Translations under genes and position numbers: made by a program
Shown: positions 45,291 to 55,215 of the stretch, in pieces
Numbering within the stretch: the stretch's first letter is position 1
Layout of the letters: each line of letters opens with the position of its first letter
The notes under the pieces: generated by a model
Seen by the model: only the letters and a program-made list of their open reading frames with translations
What the model was told of the DNA's origin: nothing
The model's database searches: none
From: Ferruginibacter sp.
GTDB lineage: Bacteria > Bacteroidota > Bacteroidia > Chitinophagales > Chitinophagaceae
Direction of reading: 5' to 3'
Length of the DNA stretch: 64,000 nucleotides
NCBI GenBank assembly: GCA_035317105.1
Contig: DATHHR010000149.1
Span: forward strand, 172 to 64,171

Positions 45291-46718
45291 TTAACTAATA
45301 ACCTTTCCTAATAATGTACCTGAGGTACAGCTTTCTATTTTTACCATTACATAATCACCAACTTTATGATCGCCTTTAGCAAAGACCACTACTTTATTTT
45401 GATCGTTCCTTCCATAAATATCTTCTTCCGATCTTTTCGAAGTTCCTTCTACCAATACTTTGCAAGTTTTACCCAGGTCTTTTTGCATGCTTTCCAAAGT
45501 TTGAATGCGGTGCAGGTCAACCATTTCTTTTAACCTTCTTTTCTTTATGTCTTCGGGTACATCATCTTTGTATCTTCTTGCAGCCAATGTGCCGGGCCTT
45601 TCAGAATAAAAATACATATAGGCTAAATCGTACTGACAATATTCCATTAAGCTCAATGATTCCTGGTGATCCTCTTCTGTTTCCGTACAAAAACCCGTGA
45701 TCATATCAGTTGATAAACCACAGTTGGGAATGATCTCACGAATGCGGTTCACTTTTGCGATGTACCATTCTCTGCTGTATGTTCTGTTCATTAACTGCAA
45801 AACCCTGCTGCTACCGCTTTGCACGGGCAGGTGAATGTAGTTGCAAATATTATCGTACCTGGCAATAGTAAACAATACATCATCCGTAATATCTTTTGGA
45901 TGTGATGTAGAAAAACGTACGCGAAGCAATGGAGATATCAATGCAACTTTTTCCATTAGCATGGCAAAGCTTACTGTCTCTTCTTTTTGTTCATCTATCC
46001 AATAGTAGCTGTCTACATTTTGTCCGAGTAAGGTTACTTCGCGATAGCCATTTAAAAAAAGATCTTCGCATTCTTTAACGATAGAGTAGGCATCCCTGCT
46101 TCTTTCGCGGCCACGTGTAAATGGCACTACACAAAAAGCACACATATTATTGCAACCACGCATGATGCTTACATAAGCTGTAACACCGTTGCTGTTTAAA
46201 CGAACAGGTGCGATATCAGCATAGGTCTCATCACGACTTAATAATACATTGATCGCTTTTTGTCCTGTTTCTGCTTCTTCAATTAAGCCGGGTAATGTGC
46301 GGTAAGCATCCGGGCCCACAACCATATCCACCAACTTTTCTTCTTCGATGAATTTTGATTTTAACCTTTCGGCCATGCAGCCTAAAACACCTACCATTAA
46401 ACCGGGATTGGTCTTTTTAAATTTGCGGAATTCTGTCAGCCTTTTGCGAACAGTTTGTTCTGCTTTTTCTCTGATGGAACAAGTATTGATGAAGATAAGA
46501 TCAGCTTCTTCTACATTCTTTGTAGCGCCAAAACCATTCTCTTGTAAAATGGAAGCTACCACTTCGCTATCTGCAAAATTCATGGCGCAGCCATAGCTTT
46601 CTATATAAAAATGCTTTTTAAATAGATTACTATCCTTTGCGAGGGGAGAAAAAGCCTCACCCTGGCGATCTTCATTATGTAATTTTGTATCTGTGTTCAG
46701 TAAATGCTCCATCACCAA
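45291..46718 (-). CDS. miaB: tRNA-i6A37 methylthiotransferase MiaB
   Basis: UPF0004 N-terminal domain ([11 protein letters not shown]), radical-SAM CNNMCAFC and a C-terminal TRAM domain. Confidence 0.95.
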   Translation of the reverse strand: MVMEHLLNTDTKLHNEDRQGEAFSPLAKDSNLFKKHFYIESYGCAMNFADSEVVASILQENGFGATKNVEEADLIFINTCSIREKAEQTVRKRLTEFRKFKKTNPGLMVGVLGCMAERLKSKFIEEEKLVDMVVGPDAYRTLPGLIEEAETGQKAINVLLSRDETYADIAPVRLNSNGVTAYVSIMRGCNNMCAFCVVPFTRGRERSRDAYSIVKECEDLFLNGYREVTLLGQNVDSYYWIDEQKEETVSFAMLMEKVALISPLLRVRFSTSHPKDITDDVLFTIARYDNICNYIHLPVQSGSSRVLQLMNRTYSREWYIAKVNRIREIIPNCGLSTDMITGFCTETEEDHQESLSLMEYCQYDLAYMYFYSERPGTLAARRYKDDVPEDIKKRRLKEMVDLHRIQTLESMQKDLGKTCKVLVEGTSKRSEEDIYGRNDQNKVVVFAKGDHKVGDYVMVKIESCTSGTLLGKVIS

Positions 46719-46875
46719 AAATTAGGTGGCAAAGATAGTAAAATGGGGCTAATTCTGACAGGATGACAGATTAAATGGCAATAATTACTGATGATATATA
46801 ATATAAGTAGTTGATAATCAATAAAAAACAAAAAATAAGCGGTTGTCTTTTCTGAACGATGTGAAGGGCAAATAA

Positions 46876-47253
46876 TTAGATGCTTAATTCCCTATGATGC
46901 ACATAGACAATTTTAGTCTTGTCGATCTCAACCCTTGCATCTTTTATGATATTTTTTAAAATAAAATCTACTTCTTGTTTACTTCTTGCAAATCGGCAGG
47001 AATCATTCGTTCCAAAATCTATTTCCGACATCCTTACAGTAACATCAACATTATGTCGTAAATGTTCAATTATTACTTCATACTTATTAGGATCTAGTTT
47101 TTTTAAATAAGATCGCAATTCTTTAACCAGTCGCTTTAAAGATTTAAGACAGCCACCTAAATCATTTAATTCGTACACATAGTTATTGAATATCTCTAAT
47201 TGAGATGGTAGATTTTCTGTTGTTTTTTTCATAATAGTGTTTGGATAATTCAA
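46876..47253 (-). CDS. Orphan hypothetical protein
   Basis: 125-aa ORF in an AT-rich gap between core genes. No family recognised and the coding status is uncertain. Confidence 0.5.
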   Translation of the reverse strand: MNYPNTIMKKTTENLPSQLEIFNNYVYELNDLGGCLKSLKRLVKELRSYLKKLDPNKYEVIIEHLRHNVDVTVRMSEIDFGTNDSCRFARSKQEVDFILKNIIKDARVEIDKTKIVYVHHRELSI

Positions 47254-47550
47254 TTGTAATATAAAAATAAATTCAATATGCTCTTTTACCGTTCATATAA
47301 AAGAAAGGGCTGTATCTGCAGTCCCCGGTATTGCTAAATTTAGCAAATAGGGTGCCAGCTACAAACAAACAGAGATCTGTAGAAACAGATCTCGCCTAAT
47401 TATTTTTTATCGACCAGCATAGCCGGCACAAATGTAGATAGTAACTATCCTTTTGTATATATAATACCGTGTTTTTTACACCATTTATTCTGTTGTTTTT
47501 CTTATTTCTATATTACCGGCCACTTTTACTATCATTAAACATAGGTCAAA

Positions 47551-47576
47551 TAAAAAATGACTGTAAAAACAGTCAT
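47551..47576 (-). terminator. Terminator of the tauE-like gene
   Basis: On the minus strand, atgactgt tttt acagtcat is followed by tttttta. Confidence 0.6.
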
Positions 47577-47614
47577 CAGTATACTACACTTATTCGGGGA
47601 ATATTATATCCGGG

Positions 47615-48058
47615 TTATCCATTTTTTTCTGAAGTATTGGTTATTGCCGCAGGATCTTTTTCAACAGTTTTTTTATCGAAGAATAACATCTTTATTGCCA
47701 CTATCAACATAAAAACGGCAAATACCTTTTTGATAGTATCCTGTGGTAGAACAAGTGCTATTCTGCTACCAAAAAAACCACCTACCACAAAGCCGAGAGA
47801 TATGATCAATGCGATCCTTATATCGATATAACCATGCTTGTAATATTCCATAACAGCTAATATGCCGACAGGTAAAAGTAAGATGGCCAAAGAAGTTCCC
47901 TGCGCCATCTTTTGAGAAAATTCAAGAAAGATAACGAGCGCAGGAACAATAATTAATCCGCCGCCTACACCTACAAACCCGCTTAGCATGCCAGATGCTA
48001 CACCGATCAAAATAAGTATGATCCACATTTGTATATTCATACCTGGTTTTTTAGACAT
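47615..48058 (-). CDS. Half-size (4-TM) TauE/SafE-family anion exporter-like protein
   Basis: GMLSGFVGVGGGLIIVPAL and AQGTSLA are TauE-type motifs. The start is placed at the ATG 48058, 1 nt after the ppa stop, because the ORF-track start overlaps ppa. Confidence 0.75.
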   Translation of the reverse strand: MSKKPGMNIQMWIILILIGVASGMLSGFVGVGGGLIIVPALVIFLEFSQKMAQGTSLAILLLPVGILAVMEYYKHGYIDIRIALIISLGFVVGGFFGSRIALVLPQDTIKKVFAVFMLIVAIKMLFFDKKTVEKDPAAITNTSEKNG

Positions 48059-48059
48059 G

Positions 48060-48608
48060 TTATTGTTTAGGATAGGTCTTCTTGTAGAGCTCAACAGCTT
48101 CTTCAATAACTTTATAGGCGCCTGCTTTATCCTGGAAATCATCGATCAGTACGATCTTATTTTCCAGGGCTTTGTATTGCTCAAAATAATTTCTTAATAC
48201 GGCGATAAAGTGTTTAGGTAATTCATCAATATTGGTTATGTGATTTACCGTAGGATCTTTTGTTGCTACCGCGATGATCTTATCATCTTTTTCACCGTTA
48301 TCGATCATCTGCATATTGCCGATCACTGTTGCTTCTACCAGGCATAGCGGTTGGATGCTTTCAGAACACATCACCAATATATCCAACGGATCATGATCCT
48401 GACCTAATGTTTGTGGGATAAAACCATAATTGATAGGGTAATGAAAAGAAGAATAAACAACCCTGTCTAGTTTTAATAATCCTGTTTCTTTATCAATTTC
48501 ATATTTAGCACGTGAGCCCTGAGGAATTTCAATTAACCCATTAACAATAGCCGGTGCTTTTTTGCCATAATGAGCGCCGTGCCAGGGGTGAAGAACATGT
48601 TGTTGCAT
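48060..48608 (-). CDS. ppa: Inorganic pyrophosphatase (family I)
   Basis: 182 aa with EIPQGSRAKYEID, YPINYGFIPQT, DHDPLDILV and DDKIIAV. Confidence 0.95.
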   Translation of the reverse strand: MQQHVLHPWHGAHYGKKAPAIVNGLIEIPQGSRAKYEIDKETGLLKLDRVVYSSFHYPINYGFIPQTLGQDHDPLDILVMCSESIQPLCLVEATVIGNMQMIDNGEKDDKIIAVATKDPTVNHITNIDELPKHFIAVLRNYFEQYKALENKIVLIDDFQDKAGAYKVIEEAVELYKKTYPKQ

Positions 48609-48628
48609 AATCGTGTTAGATTTTATTG

Positions 48629-49036
48629 TTAGTTAGTAGAATCAGCTGACGTGGTGTATTTAAAATCGATCTTCCATTGCCCGTTTATTTTTAACACTTT
48701 TATTTGCATCGGCTTATTCATGTATGAGTTAGAATAATCGATGACCGCGGTTGAATCATTCAGGTCTGTATATTTATTGATCGTATAATCCGATTGTTTA
48801 TAATTGTCTTTTGTATCATCCGGCAGCCTGCTGAAAAATGCTTTATAAGACTCGAATATTTCAACATTCATCGTGTCTTTATATAACAGGTCTTCCGCAT
48901 CGTTAAAATTCCCATCAAGTGTGGTCCTGATAAATAACCTTCCGGTATCCAAAGCTGTTGTAGGATTGCCCTTTTTGCTATGGCAAGCAAACAGCATACT
49001 ACTCAATAGAAAAACAGCAAAAATATTTTTTATCAT
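48629..49036 (-). CDS. Lipoprotein, DUF4878-like
   Basis: 135 aa with signal plus lipobox LFAC and a small alpha+beta pattern. Confidence 0.6.
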   Translation of the reverse strand: MIKNIFAVFLLSSMLFACHSKKGNPTTALDTGRLFIRTTLDGNFNDAEDLLYKDTMNVEIFESYKAFFSRLPDDTKDNYKQSDYTINKYTDLNDSTAVIDYSNSYMNKPMQIKVLKINGQWKIDFKYTTSADSTN

Positions 49037-49143
49037 GATCGGCCTGTTGTGGTAAGCAAAAGTAACGATTAATGGATAATTGATAATGGATAATTGACAA
49101 CTGACAGCACTTTGTGTTTTTATTAATATAATCTATTATGGAC

Positions 49144-49173
49144 AAAAAATAAGAGGCAGTAAAACCGCCTCTT
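49144..49173 (-). terminator. phoH terminator
   Basis: On the minus strand, the stem aagaggc...gcctctt is followed by atttttt. Confidence 0.6.
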
Positions 49174-49223
49174 AAAATATTCAGGATAATTATCAATTAT
49201 CCATTAAAAAATTATCAATTGTA

Positions 49224-50186
49224 TTAATTGTCCTTGTCTTTATCATAAGCCTTGATAATGGCTTTAACCAATTTATGTCTTACAACATCTTCTTCATCCA
49301 GTTCGATATGGGAAATGCCATCTACATTTTTTAAAATGCGAAGGGCTTTGTCGATACCACTGCGTTGGTTCTTAGGAAGATCGACCTGTGTTGGATCGCC
49401 CGTAATGATCGCTTTTGCATTAGCGCCGATACGTGTTAAGAACATTTTCAATTGTCCGTCGTTCGTATTTTGTGCTTCATCCAAAATAATGAAGGCATTA
49501 TCTAAAGTACGTCCACGCATATACGCTAAAGGCGCGATCTCAATTGTTCTGGTCGTCATAAAATAAGCCAGTTTATCTGCAGGGATCATGTCATCCAATG
49601 CATCATACAAAGGGCGTAAATATGGATCGATCTTTTCTTTCAGGTCGCCCGGTAAAAAACCCAGGCTTTCACCCGCTTCAACAGCAGGTCTTGTGAGGAT
49701 GATCTTTTTTACTGATTTGTTTTTAAGTGCCCTTACGGCTAAAGCAACCGCGGTATAAGTTTTACCCGTACCGGCAGGCCCGATCGCAAAAACAATATCA
49801 TTTTTATCTACTGCCGTAACCATTCTTTTTTGATTGATAGTTCTTGCCCTTACTGTTTTTCCATTAGGGCCGAATACCAATACATCATTTGGATTGCGCT
49901 CAATAAAATTATCAATTGTTGGTTGATCATCTCCGCCAACGCCTAATATTTGCTCAAAATAATTTTCGCTCATATGCCCGTTACGTTCGATGTACTGGAT
50001 GATGAGGTGAATTTTTTCTTTTGCATCAACGATCTGTTCGGGTGAGCCACTTAGTTTTACTTGCGTTCCGCGACTTAGGATTTTTAACAGCGGGAACTTC
50101 TTTTTAAGGATGTCTAATTTGTCATTGTTAACACCAAAAAATTCTAGCGGGTTAACTGTTTCTAGGTTGATGATGGCTTCTGTCAA
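49224..50186 (-). CDS. phoH: PhoH-family ATPase
   Basis: 320 aa with GPAGTGKTY, ILTRPAVEAGESLGFLPGD and FIILDEAQN. Confidence 0.95.
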   Translation of the reverse strand: MTEAIINLETVNPLEFFGVNNDKLDILKKKFPLLKILSRGTQVKLSGSPEQIVDAKEKIHLIIQYIERNGHMSENYFEQILGVGGDDQPTIDNFIERNPNDVLVFGPNGKTVRARTINQKRMVTAVDKNDIVFAIGPAGTGKTYTAVALAVRALKNKSVKKIILTRPAVEAGESLGFLPGDLKEKIDPYLRPLYDALDDMIPADKLAYFMTTRTIEIAPLAYMRGRTLDNAFIILDEAQNTNDGQLKMFLTRIGANAKAIITGDPTQVDLPKNQRSGIDKALRILKNVDGISHIELDEEDVVRHKLVKAIIKAYDKDKDN

Positions 50187-50315
50187 AGTGCGTTTGGTTT
50201 TAAAGTTTTCTTAAAGATTGTTACAATGTAGATCCATTCGTCTTATTTCAAATTTAATGAATTGGGGCTGAAAAAACAACACTATATTTATCAACACAAT
50301 GTTAAGAATTGAGCG

Positions 50316-50350
50316 AAAAATAAAGTCCTCCCGAAGAATCGGCAGGACTT
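50316..50350 (-). terminator. Terminator-like hairpin about 175 nt downstream of miaE
   Basis: On the minus strand, the 11-bp stem aagtcctgccg/cgggaggactt (one mismatch) is followed by tatttttcg. Confidence 0.5.
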
Positions 50351-50524
50351 GTTTAACCCTTAAAAACAATAAATATCAGCTTGTTTGTACTAACTGTTAT
50401 TATGTGTTTAAATACAGTAATCGTGCCATATCATAAGTAAAAAGTAAAAAGGCAAAACCAAAACCAGTGGCTATTATGCCTGCTTTTACTTCTGCTTTTT
50501 GGTTTTTACTTTTGCCTTGATACA

Positions 50525-51136
50525 TCAATGGATCCTGTCTCCGCGAACTTCTAGATTATTGATGATCTCTTTTTCGTAATGGAGCCACTGTTGCCAGCGT
50601 TTGCGTACAATTTTTTTATCAATATAAGTTTCTGCTAACTCGAGAAATAAAGTGTAATGGCCCGCTTCACTTTCCATAAAACGGCGATAAAAATTACGCA
50701 GGTATTTATCTTCCAATCCCTCGCTTAATCTTTTAAAACGCTCGCAGCTCCTGGCTTCTATCAGTGCCATTATCAGCATCTGGTCTAAAAAACGCTCATC
50801 CGGGCCGCCGCCTTTTACCTGGAATTCGATGAGTTTATTCACGTATTCATCTTTACGTTGTTTGCCTAATTGTAATTTTCGCTTATTTATTTCTGCGAGC
50901 ACTAAACGGAAATGGCCCCATTCTTCTGTAACGAGCGGACTTAATGCCGCCACAACTTTTTCTTTATCGAAATTTTTTTGGACAAGTGAAATGCAGGTAA
51001 GGGCAGCTTTTTGCTCGCAATAAGCATGGTCCGATAAGATATCTTCTAAATGTATTGTAGTAAGATCCACCCAACGTGGGTCGGTAGGTAATTGTAGCCC
51101 GAGGATATTTTTAACGTCCGCACTTTGCTTTTCCAT
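50525..51136 (-). CDS. miaE: tRNA ms2io6A37 hydroxylase MiaE (diiron)
   Basis: 203 aa with DHAYCEQKAA, EEWGHF, EARSCERF and ESEAGHY, the ferritin-like carboxylate/His ligand pattern of MiaE. Confidence 0.85.
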   Translation of the reverse strand: MEKQSADVKNILGLQLPTDPRWVDLTTIHLEDILSDHAYCEQKAALTCISLVQKNFDKEKVVAALSPLVTEEWGHFRLVLAEINKRKLQLGKQRKDEYVNKLIEFQVKGGGPDERFLDQMLIMALIEARSCERFKRLSEGLEDKYLRNFYRRFMESEAGHYTLFLELAETYIDKKIVRKRWQQWLHYEKEIINNLEVRGDRIH

Positions 51137-51173
51137 ACAGCGAAATTAAGCGAGGATAGTAAAATGGCAATGA

Positions 51174-51668
51174 TTAAAATTGTTTGTAAACAAAAAAGTA
51201 ACCGCCGCCGGTATTCATACTTCCTGAACCCCAGCTGCCTTCCATATAAGTACAGGCGCTATCAATAACGGCCATTGTTGAGAAAACGTTGGTGGTATCG
51301 TATAAGTACTTGCAGGTAGTTGTAACAGTGTCGCCCGATACAAGGTAAACACCCTCTGCAGGTGGGATCGCTGAGGTATCAAAATATCCAGGTGTAGTTA
51401 TATTATTATTAAATGCTCTTACCGTTCCGTTACTCCTGAATAAGAATGCCATTTGAAAGCTTGGGTAATCAGTATTATTTCCAATCTTCCCCGTATAAAA
51501 ACCAACGATCGTTGCAGGGCGTGGGGTAGTATCGTTTATTCTAACAGTGTCGTTCACTAAAACCGTATCTTTTATAGTAGAGGTAGTGCCGGCAATTTCT
51601 TTTTTACAAGAACTAAGTATAACTGATGAAAGAAAGGCTGTTGTAAATATGGTGACAAAAATTTTCAT
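51174..51668 (-). CDS. Lipoprotein, tandem paralog A
   Basis: Signal plus lipobox LSSC. Shares FLFRS.GTVR and the overall length with the next gene. Confidence 0.65.
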   Translation of the reverse strand: MKIFVTIFTTAFLSSVILSSCKKEIAGTTSTIKDTVLVNDTVRINDTTPRPATIVGFYTGKIGNNTDYPSFQMAFLFRSNGTVRAFNNNITTPGYFDTSAIPPAEGVYLVSGDTVTTTCKYLYDTTNVFSTMAVIDSACTYMEGSWGSGSMNTGGGYFFVYKQF

Positions 51669-51688
51669 ATGTTAGTTTTAACTATTGG

Positions 51689-52165
51689 TTATTGTTTATG
51701 TGCGATATCGACTAAAAAACCGCTGGTTTGCAGGCCCTGGCCAATTGTTCCTTCATAAAATATAAAGCTGCTATCTGTTGTTCCATAAGTAGAATACAAA
51801 TTGCCACCGACAACAAATTGCGTTGTAACAGTATAGTTAATGATGCGATAAACGCCCTCAGTAACTTCTCCAAAACTTACGGCGCTTGCCGTATCGCCAA
51901 CATTGCCATCGATATATATTCTTACTGTGCTATCGCTCCTGAATAAAAAAGAAAATTGGGATGCAGGATAATTACCAGGACTATTGTAAGTGCCCGGCCA
52001 ATAACCAATAATGTTACCACCATGCACTGTGTCTTTCACAGTGATAGTTTTGGTTACAAGCGTATCTTTTACGTAGATCGTGTTGGTAACTGTTTGCTTT
52101 TTACAAGCCGTAAAGATCGTGGCAAAAAGAAACGCTATTACAAATAGTGTAAAGATGTGCTTCAT
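51689..52165 (-). CDS. Lipoprotein, tandem paralog B
   Basis: Signal plus lipobox FTAC, with the FLFRSDSTVR motif. Confidence 0.65.
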   Translation of the reverse strand: MKHIFTLFVIAFLFATIFTACKKQTVTNTIYVKDTLVTKTITVKDTVHGGNIIGYWPGTYNSPGNYPASQFSFLFRSDSTVRIYIDGNVGDTASAVSFGEVTEGVYRIINYTVTTQFVVGGNLYSTYGTTDSSFIFYEGTIGQGLQTSGFLVDIAHKQ

Positions 52166-52359
52166 ATTTTTATATTGATAAATGAGGTATTAGATTTTTG
52201 GGATAAGGTGTTTATCATAAGTCTCGGATTCATAAAGCTACAATAAATTACATATTTTACTATATAATATTTGTGCCTACAACAGATAGAGTAGTATTGT
52301 TAAAAAAAAGCAGCCCGCAACATATATTAATTACTTAATTTAGGCGTATAAATATTCTT

Positions 52360-54789
52360 ATGAAAGTCTTGCCATTTTTACTTAGTTCTGCCGTAACCGT
52401 TGGACTTGTTGTTACTTTAAACACCAACCTTGTTTTGCCAGCGCCGCTGGGAAGTTTGTTAAGCCCGCAACAAGGTATCTGGCAAAATGCGGAGGATGAT
52501 AATTATAATTTTAGCGCTGATCTGAAATTCCCTCAATTAATAGGGAAAGTAAATGTGTATTTGGATGATAGGTTAGTTCCGCATGTTTTTGCCGAAAAAG
52601 AGAACGATGTATATTTTGTTCAAGGCTACCTGCACGCTAAATTTCGCTTATGGCAAATGGAGCTGCAAACATTAGCTGCTGCCGGAAGAGCGAGTGAAAT
52701 AATTGGTGATAAAGCTTTAGACCATGATAGAGAATTCAGAAGATTAGGCATGGTGTATGCCGCAGAAATTTCAGAAAAAGAAGTAGAAAAAGATCCTGTC
52801 ATAAAAGGAGAATGTGATGCATATACTGCCGGTGTAAATGCCTATATCGATAACCTTACTGAAAGTGAATTGCCTATCGAATATAAATTACTTGGCTATA
52901 AACCTGAAAAATGGAACAATCTTAAAACGGCACTCTTCTTAAAATATATGTCTTATGACCTTGCGGGCCATGATGATGATTTTGAAATGACAAATGCTAA
53001 AAGCTTTTTTAGTCCTGATGATTTTAATAAATTATTTCCGCTGGTACAGGATTCTTTAGATCCTATCATTCCTAAAGGAACAGTCTTTGATAGCGCCAAA
53101 ATAAAACCGGTAGCGCCTGCTAACGTTGATTCTGTTTATTTCGATAATAAGGATATGGCTAATGTGGAAGAAGAGAAACCCGATCGCGATAACGGAAGCA
53201 ATAACTGGGCGGTAAGCGGTTCTAAAACAAGAAGCGGTGCGCCTATTTTGTGTAACGATCCACATCTTGGTTTAAATCTTCCATCGCTTTGGTTTGAGAT
53301 GCAATTATCTACGCCAACATTCAACGCGTATGGTGCAACATTTCCTGGTGCACCCGGTGTTGTTATTGGGTTTAACGATAGCGCAGCATTTGGATTTACC
53401 AATGGGGGAAGAGATGTACGCGATTATTATGAGATCAAATTTAAAGACGATACCCGGAAAGAATATTGGTTTGACAGCGCCTGGAAGAAAACGGATTTTA
53501 GGGTAGAAGTGATCAAAATAAAAGACAAACCAGATTATTTAGATACGGTTGCTTACACCATTTTTGGCCCGGTGATGTATGATAAAAGCTTTACCGGCGG
53601 CAGGTCCGATGTGCATAAAAATTATGCGGTTCGCTGGAAAGCGCACGATCCAAGCGATGACCTGAAAGCATTTAATATGCTGGATCACGCAAATAATTAT
53701 GCCGATTATAATGCTGCAGTAACCAACCTGCATACACCAGGACAAAACTGTGTGTTCGCCTGCAAAAGCGGTGATATTGCTATTCGTGCGCAAGGAGAAT
53801 TTCCTGCAAAATGGAAAGGGCAGGGAGATTTTATAATGCCGGGTGTTGATAGCAGTTATATGTGGCAGGGCATGATCCCCCAGGATGAAGTGCCTTTTCA
53901 ATATGACCCTGCAAGAGGTTTTGTAAGTAGTGCCAATCAAAAACCCGCAGATTCAACTTATCCGTATTATTTGGGAAGAGATTACCCGATGTATCGCGGA
54001 TTATACATCAACAGGAAGCTTACAGAAATGAATGATATAACGGTGCAGGATATGATGGACCTGCAGACCAGTGAATATGATGTTTTTGCAGAGATGGCGG
54101 TACCCATATTTTTAAACAATATGAAAGTAGATCAGCTGAATGATGAAGAAACAAGGTATTTCAATATTTTAAAATACTGGAACCTTACAGACGATGCTGC
54201 ATCAAAAGGAGCTACGGTATTTAATATTGCATGGAAAGATTTTACGAAAGAGGTGTATGATGATGAGTACGCACATGCACCAAAAGTGATCATGCGCCCA
54301 TTTGAAAGCACTTTATTGGAAAGTGTGTTACGTGATAGCGCCTATAAATTTTTAGATAATATTGGAACAGATAAAGTAGAAACATTATCGGATGATGTAA
54401 CAGCCGCTTTTAAAAAAGCAGTGGTAGAATTAAGCAAAGCTGATAAAGAAGGGAAATTAGAATGGGCAAAATATAAGGATACACATATCAGCCATCTCAC
54501 CAAATTAGAAGCATTCAGCAGTTTGCATTTACCTATCGGTGGAGGAACCTATTGCGTGAATGCGGCAAAAAATGACCATGGCCCAAGCTGGAGAATGGTA
54601 GTGAGCCTTAAGCCGCAAACTGAAGCCTATGGTATTTATCCGGGCGGACAAAGCGGAAACCCCGGCAGCAAATATTATGATGATTATGTAAACAAATGGG
54701 TAGAAGGAAAATACAATATACTTTGGATGATGGAAAAAGGAGAAGAAAAAGACCCGCGCGTAAAATGGAAAATGGTATTCAGTAATTAA
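52360..54789 (+). CDS. Penicillin/AHL-acylase family Ntn-hydrolase
   Basis: 809 aa. It has a signal-like N-terminus, QGYLHAKFRLWQME, and the autoprocessing site and nucleophile GSNNWAVSG followed by NDPHL. Confidence 0.9.
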   Translation: MKVLPFLLSSAVTVGLVVTLNTNLVLPAPLGSLLSPQQGIWQNAEDDNYNFSADLKFPQLIGKVNVYLDDRLVPHVFAEKENDVYFVQGYLHAKFRLWQMELQTLAAAGRASEIIGDKALDHDREFRRLGMVYAAEISEKEVEKDPVIKGECDAYTAGVNAYIDNLTESELPIEYKLLGYKPEKWNNLKTALFLKYMSYDLAGHDDDFEMTNAKSFFSPDDFNKLFPLVQDSLDPIIPKGTVFDSAKIKPVAPANVDSVYFDNKDMANVEEEKPDRDNGSNNWAVSGSKTRSGAPILCNDPHLGLNLPSLWFEMQLSTPTFNAYGATFPGAPGVVIGFNDSAAFGFTNGGRDVRDYYEIKFKDDTRKEYWFDSAWKKTDFRVEVIKIKDKPDYLDTVAYTIFGPVMYDKSFTGGRSDVHKNYAVRWKAHDPSDDLKAFNMLDHANNYADYNAAVTNLHTPGQNCVFACKSGDIAIRAQGEFPAKWKGQGDFIMPGVDSSYMWQGMIPQDEVPFQYDPARGFVSSANQKPADSTYPYYLGRDYPMYRGLYINRKLTEMNDITVQDMMDLQTSEYDVFAEMAVPIFLNNMKVDQLNDEETRYFNILKYWNLTDDAASKGATVFNIAWKDFTKEVYDDEYAHAPKVIMRPFESTLLESVLRDSAYKFLDNIGTDKVETLSDDVTAAFKKAVVELSKADKEGKLEWAKYKDTHISHLTKLEAFSSLHLPIGGGTYCVNAAKNDHGPSWRMVVSLKPQTEAYGIYPGGQSGNPGSKYYDDYVNKWVEGKYNILWMMEKGEEKDPRVKWKMVFSN

Positions 54790-54815
54790 ATAATAGAAAC
54801 GAATAAATAAATAAA

Positions 54816-55160
54816 ATGAAATTTTTAATCTCTTTAATAATAACAGCTGCACTAAGTTTTGCTATCTGTTTGTATTGTCCCTGGTGGAGCATCGCTATTA
54901 TAGCATTTATTGTTGCTGTACTAATTCCGCAGAAGCCGTTTGTTGCTTTTCTTTCAGGTTTTTTTGCATTATTTATTTTTTGGTTTGTTTTGACCTTATA
55001 TATCAGCAACAATAACGAGCATATATTGGCGCATAAGGTTTCTATGATCATTTTAAAATCTGATAACCCTTTTGCATTGATATTGATCACGGCATTGATA
55101 GGAGCTTTAGTTGCCGGCTTTGCAGCACTGGCAGGAAGTTTTGCCCGAAAAACCAAATAG
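54816..55160 (+). CDS. Small multi-TM membrane protein
   Basis: 114 aa with four hydrophobic segments, starting 26 nt after the acylase gene. Preferred over the antisense ORF at 54779..55156. Confidence 0.55.
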   Translation: MKFLISLIITAALSFAICLYCPWWSIAIIAFIVAVLIPQKPFVAFLSGFFALFIFWFVLTLYISNNNEHILAHKVSMIILKSDNPFALILITALIGALVAGFAALAGSFARKTK

Positions 55161-55215
55161 CATTTTTAGAGAATTTTATTTTTCAATAACGAAATGAAAG
55201 TTAATTTCGTTTGCG

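Noticed and set aside
47469-47831. 120-aa plus-strand ORF.
   Set aside because: It has a GTG start and low-complexity hydrophobic content, and it is largely antisense to the well-supported TauE-like gene.
54779-55156. 125-aa minus-strand ORF overlapping the 114-aa plus-strand membrane protein.
   Set aside because: The plus-strand frame is co-oriented with and closely spaced to the acylase and DUF5686 genes, and it has cleaner TM helices. Only one of the two can be real, though this choice carries moderate confidence.
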